This document shows, piece by piece, positions 24,500 to 36,009 of a stretch of DNA of 64,000 nt. The translations under genes were made by a program, and so were the position numbers. This DNA is from Macrostomum lignano (lineage: Eukaryota), in contig NIVC01001277.1 of assembly GCA_002269645.1 (NCBI GenBank), positions 124,001 through 188,000 on the forward strand, given 5' to 3'. The notes beneath the pieces were generated by a model. The model was not told the DNA's origin. It made no database searches and saw only the letters and a list, made by a program, of their open reading frames with translations. Numbering within the stretch: the stretch's first letter is position 1; every line of letters begins with the position of its first letter.

Positions 24500-26360
24500 A
24501 GGGAGAGGGTGAGAGGGTGAGAGTGTGAGGGTGAGACTGAGAAAGTGAGAGGGAGAGGGTGAGAGGGAGAGGGTGAGATGGTGAGAGGGAGAGGGTGAGA
24601 CTGAGAAAGTGAGAGGCAAAGGGTGAGAGCGAGAGGATGAGAGAGAGAGGATAAGAGGGAGAGGGTGAGAGGCAGAGGGTGAGAGCGAGAGGATGAGAAG
24701 GAGAGAGTGAAATGGAGAGGATCAGAGGGAGACCATCAGAGGGAGAGGATGAGAGGGAGAGGGTGAGAGGAAGAAGGTCAGAGGAAGAGGGTGAGGCTGA
24801 GAAAGTGAGAGGCAGAGGGTGAGAGGAAGAGGGTGAGAGGAAGAGGGTGAGAGGGAGAGGGTGAGAGGGAGAGGGTGAGAGGGAGAGGATCAGAGGGAGA
24901 GGGTGAGAGGGAGAGGATCAGAGGGAGAGGGTGAGAGGGAGAGGGTGAGAGGCAAAGGGTGAGAGGCAGAGGGTGAGAGCGAGAGCGAGAGGATGAGAAG
25001 GAGAGGGTGAAATGGAGAGGATCAGAGGGAGACGATCAGAGGGAGAGGATGAGAGGGAGAGGGTGAGAAAGAGAGGGTGATGCTGAGAGGGTGATGCTGA
25101 GAAAGTGAGAGGCAGAGGGTGAGAGGAAGAGGGTGAGAGGGAGAGGGTGAGAGGAAGAGGGTGAGAGGGAGAGGGTGAGAGGGAGAGGGTGAGAGGGAGA
25201 GGGTGAGAGGGAGAGGGTGAGAGGGAGAGGGTGAGAGGGAGAGAGGGAGAGGGTGAACGATAGAGGGTGAGAGGGAGAGGGTGAACGATAGAGGGTGAGA
25301 GGGAGACGATCAGAGGGAGAGGGTGAGGGAGAGAGGTCGAGAACGAGAGGGCGAGAGGGAGAGAATCAGAGGATGAGGGTGAGAGGGGGAGCGGATTAGT
25401 TTTGATGGGTGGGTGCCTAAGACTTTCTGAAGCAGAATAGCTAGTGCGAGGCGAGGAAGTCGGGCATGTGCGGGGACGAAGCTCGGAGCTGAGACCGATG
25501 CACCTGCTGTGTCTGCACGCAGGCCCGCTCGGGCAGCAATCAGTAATCGTGTCTGGCGCCCCCTCGGACAGGAAGCGAAACTTGAATAGTCAGGACTCGA
25601 ATTACCTGTTAATTGGCTGATAATTCTACGGCAGGTTGGAGACATTGGACTAGATCTCTTTAACTGGGAAACTCGAAAGGAAGAGAATGAGGGAGAGGGA
25701 GAGAGGAGAGGGAGGGGGAAAGGGAGAGAGGAGAGGGAGAGAGGAGAGGAAGAGGAGAGGGAGAGGGAGAGAGATGAGAAAGGGGGAAAGAAGAGAGGGA
25801 GATAGGAGAGGAAGAGGCAGAGGGAAGAGAGGGAGAGAGGAGAGAGATTCGAAAGGGAGAGAGGAGAGAAGAGAGGGAGAGAGGAGAGGGAGAGGAGAGG
25901 AGAGGGAGAGGGAGAGGGAGAGGGGGAGGGAGAGGGAGAGGGAGAGGGAGAGAGGACAGAGGAGAGAAGAAGAGATGAGAGGGATAGAGGAGAGGGAGAG
26001 AGGAAAGGAAGGGAGGAGAGGGAGGGAGAGAGGAGAGGGAGAGGAGAGGAGAGGGAGAGATGAGAGGGAGAGAGGAAAGGGAGGGAGAAGAGGGAGGGAG
26101 ATAGGAGAGGGAGAGAGGAGAGAGGGGAGAAGGAGAGATGAGAGGGATAGAGGAGAGGGAGAGAGGAGAGGGAGAGAGGAGATGGAGAGGGAGAGGGAGA
26201 GAGGAGATAGAGAGAGAAGAGAGGGAGAGAGGAGAGGGAGAGAGGAGATGGAGAGGGAGAGGGAGAGAGGAGATAGAGAGAGAAGAGAGGGAGAGAGGAG
26301 AGAGATGGGAAAGGGAGGGAGAAGAGAGGGAGAGACGAGAGGGATAAAGGAGAGGGAGGC
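24500..26360. repeat. Purine-rich (GA) low-complexity tracts
   Basis: GAGAGGGAGAGGGT-type units at 24500-25400 and polypurine at 25680-26360. Confidence 0.9.
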
Positions 26361-26778
26361 AAGAGTCTCAGAGGTAATTGAAGGATATTGAAAAAGCCAG
26401 CTAGAGATGCAGCAGACACTGATAGAGTTAGCGCGGGCACAAAGCGGAATTAATCAGAGAGGTAGGCAAATGAATATCCGAATTATCGTTAGAATCGCAT
26501 ATTAATAAATAACTAATCACCCAAGAGGGAAGGCATGACGGCTCAGTCTCAGTGATAACGGGAAGATTAGGAAGTGATTATTCGGGTTGGATCAGCTCGC
26601 GGGAAGCGGAGGCAGCAATGCAGACTGGCAGTATAGTTCAATATTTGCATGAGGCTCAGATAAGGCGGCAGCCGAGGTCTCAGATGGTCCTGTCAGTTCC
26701 CCGACTCCCCTGCAGTCTGCTGTTGCAGAATTCGAAAAAGTTTTCAAAAAAATCCGCGACAGAGAAGCCTTGGCTCAC

Positions 26779-26951
26779 CTGTTGTTCAGGGAGATATGAC
26801 CTTCGGACTTCTTCGAGCTGCCACTAGAAGGAGCTGATGGGCGTTCTGGGTCGGACAGAAGCAGGCCGATAGACATGGCGCGGGCTTTATCCTGAGCGAT
26901 GAGGGAGAGGCAGAGATCGTGCCAAGCCTCTTCATCAAAGCGGCTCGCCAT
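26779..26951 (-). CDS. Candidate first coding exon (MASRFDEEAWHDLCLSLIAQDKARAMSIGLLL...)
   Basis: ATG-initiated open frame ending AACAG|GTGAGC (phase 2), matching the ankyrin exon acceptor. No recognised domain. Confidence 0.45.
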
Positions 26952-27067
26952 TGGCTGTCTGTCTCAGATTTAATGGTGTCAATTTTCAGCCAGATAGAGA
27001 GATGTGCTTTCTATGAGAATAATGCATAGCGGTATTTACTGCCCTCACACTAATCTGCTGAGTTGTA

Positions 27068-28915
27068 TGCTGCTTGAGTAGGGGTGCCATTTCATTTGAG
27101 TAGGGGTGCCATTTCATTTGAGTAGGGGCGCCATTTCATTTGAGTAGGGGCGCCATTTCATTTGAGTAGGGGCGCCATTTCATTTGAGTAGGGGTGCCAT
27201 TTTATTTGAGTAGGGGTGCCATTTCATTTGAGTAGGGGCGCTATTACATTTGAGTAGGGGTGCCATTTCATTTGAGTAGGGGTGCCATTTCATTTGAGTA
27301 GGGGTGCCATTTCATTTGAGTAGGGGCGCCATTTCATTTGAGTAGGGGTGCCATTTCATTTGAGTAGGGGTGCCATTTCATTTGAGTAGGGGTGCCATTT
27401 CATTTGAGTAGGGGCGCCATTTCATTTGAGTAGGGGTGCCATTTCATTTGAGTAGGGGTGCCATTTCATTTGAGTAGGGGTGCCATTTCATTTGAGTAGG
27501 GGTGCCATTTCATTTGAGTAGGGGTGCCATTTTATTTGAGTAGGGGTGCCATTTCATTTGAGTAGGGGCGCCATTACATTTGAGTAGGGGCGCCATTTTA
27601 TTTGATTAGGGGCGCCATTTCATTTGAGTAGGGGCGCCATTTCATTTGAGTAGGGGTGCCATTTCATTTGAGTAGGGGCGCCATTTCATTTGAGTAGGGG
27701 CGCCATTTTATTTGAGTAGGGGTGCCATTTCATTTGAGTAGGGGCGCTATTACATTTGAGTAGGGGCGCCATTTTATTTGATTAGGGGCGCCATTTCATT
27801 TGAGTAGGGGTGCCATTTCATTTGAGTAGGGGCGCCATTTCATTTGAGTAGGGGCGCTATTACATTTGAGTAGGGGCGCCATTTCATTTGAGTAGGGATG
27901 CCATTTCATTTGAGTAGGGGCGCCATTTCATTTGAGTAGGGGCGCCATTTCATTTGAGTAGGGGCACCATTTCATTTGAGTAGGGATGCCATTTCATTTG
28001 AGTAGGGGCGCCATTACATTTGAGTAGGGATGCCATTTCATTTGAGTAGGGGCGCTATTACATTTGAGTAGGGGCGCCATTTTATTTGATTAGGGGCGCC
28101 ATTTCATTTGAGTAGGGGCGCCATTTCATTTGAGTAGGGGTGCCATTTCATTTGAGTAGGGGCGCCATTTCATTTGAGTAGGGGCGCCATTTCATTTGAG
28201 TAGGGGCGCCATTTCATTTGAGTAGGGATGCCATTTCATTTGAGTAGGGGCGCCATTTCATTTGAGTAGGGGCACCATTTCATTTGAGTAGGGATGCCAT
28301 TTCATTTGAGTAGGGGCGCCATTACATTTGAGTAGGGATGCCATTTCATTTGAGTAGGGGCGCTATTACATTTGAGTAGGGGCGCCATTTTATTTGATTA
28401 GGGGCACCATTTCATTTGAGTAGGGGCGCCATTTCATTTGAGTAGGGGTGCCATTTCATTTGAGTAGGGGTGCCATTTCATTTGAGTAGGGGCGCCATTT
28501 CATTTGAGTAGGGGTGCCATTTCATTTGAGTAGGGGTGCCATTTCATTTGAGTAGGGGCACCATTTCATTTGAGTAGGGGCACCATTTCATTTGAGTAGG
28601 GGCGCCATTTCATTTGAGTAGGGGCGCCATTTCATTTGAGTAGGGGTGCCATTTCATTTGAGTAGGGGCGCCATTTCATTTGAGTAGGGGTGCCATTTCA
28701 TTTGAGTAGGGGTGCCATTTCATTTGAGTAGGGGCACCATTTCATTTGAGTAGGGGTGCCATTTCATTTGAGTAGGGCGCCATTTCATTTGAGTAGGGGT
28801 GCCATTTCATTTGAGTAGGGGTGCCATTTCATTTGAGTAGGGGCGCAATTTCATTTGAGTAGGGGTGCCATTTCATTTGAGTAGGGGTGCCATTACATTT
28901 GAGTAGGGATGCCAA
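27068..28915. repeat. 22-bp minisatellite, ~84 copies
   Basis: Unit GAGTAGGGG(T/C)GCCATTTCATTT. Confidence 0.97.
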
Positions 28916-29384
28916 GGAGTTGGAGAATGCAAGAATCGAGAATCCATCAAAGTCGATGCAGATTTTTGGGGATTTTGCAGGAATGCTTAACTCAAACACG
29001 CAGGACAGGCAGAATGTAGACTGACAAAGAGGCAGAGATCCCTATTGAGAATTTATTTAATCAATGGCGTTGCTGCATGAGCGCACAGCTACAGAATGCA
29101 GCGCGAACCACCGTGAAGCCTTTTGCTCAATTCCCGCGCTCAAAAAAAACAGATAAAGTGCGCAAATGCCAAGCATAAAGCACGCCATGCCTACGGCTTA
29201 CAAAGCTTTAAAGCCATTAAAGCTGAGCTCGACTACGGATAAGCAACTGAGACTGCGCTTCATCTGGGATCAGATTGAGTCGCTGCAATTCGCTAGATTG
29301 ACAGAAGCATAGTTACAGCCTTGTCAGTTGCAGCTTTGTGCTGCCCTGTTTATACTACTGAATTAGGCTTTATACCTGTAGATT

Positions 29385-30545
29385 TCAAAATTGCCACCTG
29401 TAGATTGCAAAACTGCAACCTTTAGATTGCAAAACTGCAATATGTAGATTGCAAAACTGCAACCTGTAGATTGCAAAACTGCAACCTGTAGATTGCAAAA
29501 CTGCAACCTGTAGATTGCAAAACTGCAACCTGTAGATTACAAAGTGCCACCTGTAGATTGCAAAACTGCAACCTGTAGATTGCGAAACTGCAACCTGTAG
29601 ATTGCAAAACTGCAACCTTTAGATTGCAAAACTGCAATATGTAGATTGCAAAACTGCAATATGTAGATTGCAAAACTGCAACCTGTAGATTGCAAAACTG
29701 CAACCTGTAGATTGCAAAACTGCAACCTGTAGATTGCAAAACTGCAACCTGTAGATTGCAAAACTGCAACCTGTAGATTACAAAGTGCCACCTGTAGATT
29801 GCAAAACTGCAACCTGTAGATTGCGAAACTGCAACCTGTAGATTGCAAAACTGCAACCTTTAGATTGCAAAACTGCAATATGTAGATTGCAAAACTGCAA
29901 CCTGTAGATTGCAAAACTGCAACCTGTAGATTGCAAAACTGCAACCTGTAGATTGCAAAACTGCAACCTGTAGATTACAAAGTGCCACCTGTAGATTGCA
30001 AAACTGCAACCTGTAGATTGCGAAACTGCAACCTGTAGATTGCAAAACTGCAACCTTTAGATTGCAAAACTGCAATATGTAGATTGCAAAACTGCAATAT
30101 GTAGATTGCAAAACTGCAACCTTTAGATTGCAAAACTGCAACCTGTAGATTGCAAAACTGCAACCTGTAGATTGCAAAACTGCAACCTGTAGATTGCAAA
30201 ACTGCAACCTGTAGATTGCAAAACTGCAACCTGTAGATTGCAAAACTGCAACCTGTAGATTGCAAAACTGCAACCTGTAGATTGCAAAACTGCAACCTGT
30301 AGATTGCAAAGAGCAACCTGTAGATTGCAAAACTGCAACCTTTAGATTGCAAAGAGCAACCTGTAGATTGCAAAACTGCAAAGGCTGTAGATTGCAAACT
30401 GCAACCTGTAGATTGCAAAACTGCAACCTTTAGATTGCAAAGTGCAACCTGTAGATTGCAAAGTGCAAAACTGCAACCTGTAGATTGCAAAGTGCAAAAC
30501 TGCAACCTGTAGATTGCAAAGTGCAACAGGTAGATTGCGAACCTG
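29385..30545. repeat. 22-bp minisatellite, ~50 copies
   Basis: Unit TAGATTGCAAAACTGCAACCTG. Confidence 0.97.
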
Positions 30546-31027
30546 CAATTATAGACTTGTATAAAAAACATTTATTTTCAATTGAAATAATTGAAGAAAA
30601 AAATCCTATTCAATATTTGATGCATAGAAAATATTAATTCAATGCATCTCTAATAAAAAATTTAAGTCATTCGATTTTGTATTTAATAAGGCTAACAACA
30701 ATCCAAACCGGTGGATATCACTAACAGAAAGAATCGGCACAGTGCACAACACATGCAAAGAGTTTTTAATCAGCTCACTATCGAAGGAAATTAACAAAAT
30801 TATTAACGAAATAAAATGATAAAAAACCTATTCATTTCACAGCATATGATTATTTTATCATGAGGTGACAGCCTGTCATAAAATTTTGGGATGGGACAGC
30901 ACTGGCACTTTGTGGATTTCTTGGGCGAAACAAGCATAGGGACATCGCGGAACAGGAACAGGTTGGGCAGAAGGGTCATCTGCCCCCTGGCATTGAGCAC
31001 TTGACATGATGGCAATGGAGTTATCCA

Positions 31028-31340
31028 CTGGCATTGAGATGGGGGCACTGACCCCCCACTGACATGTGATAAAATTGCTTCACTGCAATGACTGAGCTAT
31101 CCAGGGGAGGTCAAGGGAGTCATCTCCCCCCTGGCATTGAGATGGGGGCACTGACCCCCCACTGACATGTGATATAATTGCTTTACTGCAATGACTGAGC
31201 TATCCAGGGGAGGTCAAGGGAGTCATCTGCCCCCTGGCATTGAGATGGGGGGCACTGACCCCCCACTGACATGTGATAAAATTGCTTCACTGCAATGACT
31301 GAGCTATCCAGGGGAGGTCAAGGGAGTCATCTGCCCCCTT
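31028..31340. repeat. 103-bp tandem repeat, 3 copies
   Basis: CTGGCATTGAG recurs at 31028, 31131 and 31234. Confidence 0.9.
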
Positions 31341-31419
31341 TCCTTAGTGAAACGGGGGGTGAGGATGTTTCCTGGGAAAAACTAATCTGCTTTAAGCCTG
31401 ACAGCATGTTCACCGGTAG

Positions 31420-31780
31420 TTACAGCCTGGCGGCAGCGGCGGACGCCACAATTCGTCGAATATCGCGAAGGCCGTCGTCCAGACAGTCGGCCAGTCTGCT
31501 CACGGAGGTGTCAGGGTCGGCGGCCCATCTGTTGAGGTTGAAGAGCACCTTGGCTGGTCCAATGCGATAGAACACTCCGTACCCATCCGGGCACATTGGA
31601 GCCACGCAGCCCACGGCCGTAACGGAGCCCAGGTAGCTGGTGCTCAGCACGAAATTGCCGTTGCCACCGGATTTCGAGTAGGCCGGATCGGTGAATAATG
31701 AAGGCAGCGGGCCGCCCGACTCCATGGCAAGCAATTGAAGGCCGAGCAGGTGACGGTCGCAACCGCGGGCAGCTTCACAT
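31420..31780 (-). CDS. CROT: Carnitine O-octanoyltransferase, exon 4 (terminal; PTS1-like ARL*)
   Basis: GCDRHLLGL, SGGNGNFVLSTS (CROT-type signature), GYGVFY. ccaccag| phase-2 acceptor; TAA at 31420. Confidence 0.9.
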
Positions 31781-31799
31781 CTGGTGGGGGAATGTCGGT

Positions 31800-32600
31800 G
31801 TTAAGCATATGTACATTGTGGTCTACATTGTGTACATTGTGGTGTACATTGTTTTGTACATTGCGATGTACATTTTAGCATATATTGTGATGTACATTGT
31901 GGTGTAAAGTTTAGCGGATATTGTGATGTACATTGTGGTCTAAATTTTAGCGGATATTGTGATGTGCATTGTGGTGTACATTTTAGCGTAGATTGTGATG
32001 TACATTGTGGTGTACATTGTTTTGTACATTGTGGTGTACATTGTTTTGTACATTGTGGTGTACATTGTTTTGTACATTGTGGTGTACATTGTTTTGTACA
32101 TTGTGGTGTACATTGTTTTGTACATTGTGGTGTACTTTGTGTACATTTCGGTGTACATTGTAATTTGCATTTAGTCCCATATTTTAGATTTTCAGTTTTA
32201 TATGTGCAAATAGTTGAGCAAAGTTAAAAAATTGAGCTGCACAATTATTAATACACATTGATTGCGTGCAAAGTGTACAGAAGTCTAAACTACAAGGTTC
32301 CAGTACATTAAAAAATTACATTAGTTAAGCATACTCTTAAAATTTACACCGGTTAAAAAGCAGCTAAAACGTACACAGAGCTAAAAGCACATCACTTAAA
32401 GTACATCCAGAAAGTACATTCATAAAGTACAGCCAGAAAGTATACTCATTCTAGTACATTCATTAAAGTACAGCCAGAAAGTATACTCATTCTAGTACAT
32501 TCATTAAAGTACAGCCAGAAAGTATACTCATTCTAGTGCATTCATTAAAGTACATCTAAAAGTATACTCATTATAGTACATTCATTAAAGTACACCCAAA
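31800..32600. repeat. 24-bp (TACATTGTGGTGTACATTGTTTTG) and ~41-bp minisatellites in CROT intron 3
   Basis: Direct reading of units at 31800-32165 and 32400-32600. Confidence 0.9.
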
Positions 32601-32677
32601 AGTATACTTCGCATCACTGCAAAAACTAAAGCTCCTTAACCCCCCTTCCCCAGAAATCTCGCAGCCCACTTGCACAC

Positions 32678-33156
32678 CTGGCTCTTAGCTCGTTGTGCCG
32701 ATCGTGCGCCGCCAAGATGGCCGTCCGCGCCTCCGCCGTGGCCGCACCGCCGGCCGCTGTCACAGCCCGGCACATGGCCACCGCCTCCGCCGTGCATGAC
32801 CGAATGGTCTCGGTGCGACCCCGATGAAACTGCCTGGTAGTCGCCGTCTGGTAGGTCGGCGCTGGCCTGCCGCCGTGGGCGCGCCAATAGGCCAGCTGCA
32901 GAGCCAGCTGCACCACCGTGTCCGGGTGCAGCCGCAGTCTGCGCAACTCCGACCGGCCGAAATCGTTGAACTCGTGCGGCAGAGCGTCCAGACTGGCTCG
33001 TTGCGACGCGTTCTCGGCCAGCCCTCTGGACGACTCGACCATGAGATGGTTGTCAAGGATTAAGCGAAGCTCGACTGGCACTGCCGGTGGGCCCGAGGCC
33101 GCCTCGCTGCTGTGGTGCCGCTCACATGGGTCCTCAGGGCCGCCCTCGATTCGGCC
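32678..33156 (-). CDS. CROT: Carnitine O-octanoyltransferase, exon 3
   Basis: HPDTVVQLALQLAYWR, TYQTATTRQFHRGRTETIRSCT. gcgcag| acceptor and GCCAG|GTGTGC donor. Confidence 0.9.
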
Positions 33157-33179
33157 CTGCGCGGGTGGGCGAGGTGCAA

Positions 33180-33985
33180 TTTGTACATGATCTAATCTGT
33201 ACATGATCTAATCTGTACATGATGTAATCTGTACATGATGTAATCTGCACATGATTGAATCTGTACATAATCTAATCTGTATATGATCGCCATGATCCGT
33301 ACATGATCGAATCTCATGATCGCCCTGACGACGGGACTGGGACGAGACCTAGACTGACCTAGACTTTGTACATGATCTAATCTGTACATGATCTAATCTG
33401 TACATGATGTAATCTGTACATGATGTAATCTGCACATGATTGAATCTGTACATAATCTAATCTGTATATGATCGAATTTGAACATGATCGAATTCGTACA
33501 TGATCGAATCTGTACATGATCGAATTTATACATGACCTTAAACTATACATGACCTAAACTATACATGACCTAAACTATACATGACCCTAAACTATACATA
33601 CCCTAAACTATACATGACCTAGACTATACATGACCTAGACTATACATGACCTAGACTATACATGACCTAGACTATACATGACCTAGACTATACATGACCT
33701 AGACTATACATGACCTAAACTATACATGACCTAGACTATACATGACCTAAACTATGCATGACCTAGACTATAAATGACCTAGACTATACATGACCTAAAC
33801 TATACACAACCTACACTATACATGACCTAAACTATACACGACCTAAACTATACATGACCTAAACTATACACGACCTAAACTATACATGACCTAAACTATA
33901 CACAACCTAGACTATACATGACCTAGACTATACATGACCTAAACTATACACAACCTAGACTATACATGACCTAAACTATACACAA
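33180..33985. repeat. 16-bp minisatellites (ACATGATCTAATCTGT grading into ACATGACCTAGACTAT) filling CROT intron 2
   Basis: Direct reading; includes a ~190-bp block duplication. Confidence 0.93.
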
Positions 33986-34038
33986 CTTGCACAGTCTAAA
34001 CTGTACATTTTGACATCAACAATAGCAAGCAGCCTCAC

Positions 34039-34633
34039 CTGAGTCTTATAGATCTGGCCTTCAACATAGTAGGTCATCAGCGCGATAGTCATCCCGTCCA
34101 TAGGCGTGTGGCCGCAGTTATTCAGCCACACGCCATCGCCGGTGACCATCAGGTTGCAGGACTTATCCGGCACCACAGATTGAATATCTCCGGTCAGGGC
34201 CAGTTCCAGCAGCCGCTTGTTGCTGCAGCCGCGCTCGTCCAACAGCAAGCTGAGCACGAATATTGCCTGCTCAACCAGGTCGAGATTGCGCTGATTAACT
34301 GGACTGAGGCTGCCCAAATGCCGTCTCGCCTCGAACCAATCAGGCCGAGGAAGGCCGTACAGGCCGGCCGCTGAACCGGCACTGAAGCTGGCATCGCCCA
34401 TCTCGCTGCTGTCAGCCGATGACTCAACAGTCTTCACCAGCCTATCCAGCTGCCTATAGTACTGAGCAACAGTGTAAGGCTGCTCAGCTTCATCCAACAG
34501 GTCTAGCGAAAACATGCGACCGCGGATTAGCACTAGAAAATGTCTGGGCGATGCGCCCTCGCTGCGAGGCCGGAAATGACTGGCCAGGGTGTCCGCCTGG
34601 CGGCCAGGCAACTGGCAGGATGAGAAGTAGCGC
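34039..34633 (-). CDS. CROT: Carnitine O-octanoyltransferase, exon 2 (catalytic His)
   Basis: FSSCQLPG, PDKSCNLMV, NCGHTPMDGM. ccgcag| acceptor and CAG|GTGAGG donor. Confidence 0.9.
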
Positions 34634-34749
34634 CTGCGGCGGGGTGGGGGCGATGATGGCAGATCTGTATAGCTTGTTGGAGATCTCTGAAAGATGATGG
34701 ACTCCTTAAGCATGGGATCTGTAAGATGAGGAATAATTTTCAAGGTATG

Positions 34750-35004
34750 TGATCTAGGGCGTGGGGTCTAGAGGTATGGGATCTGTGGTGTGGGGTCTGG
34801 GGTCTGGGGTGTGGGTTCTGAGGTGTGGGGTCTATGGTATGGGATCTGAGAGTATGGGATCTGAGGGTATGGGATCTGGGGGTATGGGATCTGAGAGTAT
34901 GGGATCTGGGGGTATGAGATCTGAGGGTATGGTATCTGAGGGCATGGGATCTGGGGTATGGGATTTGAGAGTATGGGATCTGAGAGTATGGGATCTGAGA
35001 GTAT
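34750..35004. repeat. 15-bp minisatellite GGGATCTGAG(A/G)GTAT, left part (continues at 44388-44510)
   Basis: The same unit lies on both sides of the transposon. Confidence 0.92.
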
Positions 35005-36009
35005 CCCGTATAGAAAATTTATGGTCACACTTTTTGGTTGTGACCGTGCCGTTACCCTGAAATGGTAACGGTGACTATTTTGTAACCATTTTGTGACCGT
35101 TCCCCTATGGTCACGTATGTGACCGTGCTTTGTGACCGTGTCTTGTGAAGCGCCGAATGAGCGCCTAGAAATACATGGCCGGAAAATCACATATAATGTG
35201 ATTGTTAGCATATTGTTCAGTAGTTCAGAACTTCAATAGCCACTTGTACTTCACGTAGCTGCCTGTACCGTTAAAGCATGTATGGTCATTCCCTCTCTGT
35301 AACGCTTTTGCGACCCTCGCTTCAGTGATCCACTGATCCACAAATGGACCACTGGTCCCACGCAATATCGTGCGCCGTCTGTGCGGCACTAGAATAGGAA
35401 AATCGGGTAATGCACCGACTGCGAACCCCTGATCGAGCAACGTCACCTACGTTCGGTACATCCGCAAGTTTGCGTCGGAGGCAGGCAATAATGGAGTGTG
35501 ATGAGCTGCCACCTACGCCAGTTATGGCGCTTGCATGGCCTTTCACTGCAGGGTCAGAGACCCAGGGCCCCGACGTCACCGCCGAAGACGGCGCATCTGA
35601 GACTCAGGGCCCCGACGTCACCGCCGAAGACGGCGCATCATCAACGGCTGAAGGCAGCAGCGTTGGGTAATAGATATGATACGTGTGCGCCGTCAGAGTA
35701 TAATTGTTATGCCAGAGAATATACATGCAGTTAATGAATGAATTCCTACGAATATCTAAAGTCGTATCTGTGATTTGTAGCCGTACCTAATAATTTTTCT
35801 GCCTGTTTTGTGCAGCTTATTAATCACGAAATACACAGTAAAGTAAGGTGAACGCGTAAGCTTCCTTTCTGAATGCGTGTTTGTGTGTTCATTTGACTTT
35901 GCTCAACCATGCTTTGCTGCTCTGATTGTGCAAAATGAGAATAGATGCCTTACTCTGAATTGCATAATGTCAACACTTAAACCCGCTCTGCAGTTTAACA
36001 TGTGACAAC

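Larger units (their letters stand above)
502..26951 (-). other. Span of multi-exon gene: ankyrin + helical + REM-like + FERM(B/C) + PLC-epsilon-type CDC25 RasGEF; continues beyond left edge
   Basis: Chain of GT-AG exons with compatible phases assembled by hand (listed separately). Junctions between 22640 and 20109 and the donor near 1440 are unresolved. Confidence 0.75.

Noticed and set aside
502-26951. Assigning the symbol PLCE1 or KRIT1
   Set aside because: No phospholipase X/Y domains are in the window, and KRIT1 lacks RasGEF domains. Orthology needs the remaining exons and a phylogeny.
5180-30545. Tandem arrays as CRISPR arrays
   Set aside because: Head-to-tail units without unique spacers, no cas genes, eukaryotic intron context.
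10683-30571. Long ORF-track entries over repeats (QMYTHKHL, NQIPVYL, SQILSCW, LQFCNLQ, RE/SL-rich)
   Set aside because: Stop-free translations of minisatellites or low-complexity DNA, open in several frames, with no splice context.
31028-31340. 103-bp repeat as tRNA/SINE or hammerhead retrozyme
   Set aside because: The minus strand has GGATAGCTCAGTC (tRNA-like A box) but no GGTTCRA B box or cloverleaf, and no CTGATGA/GAAA core.
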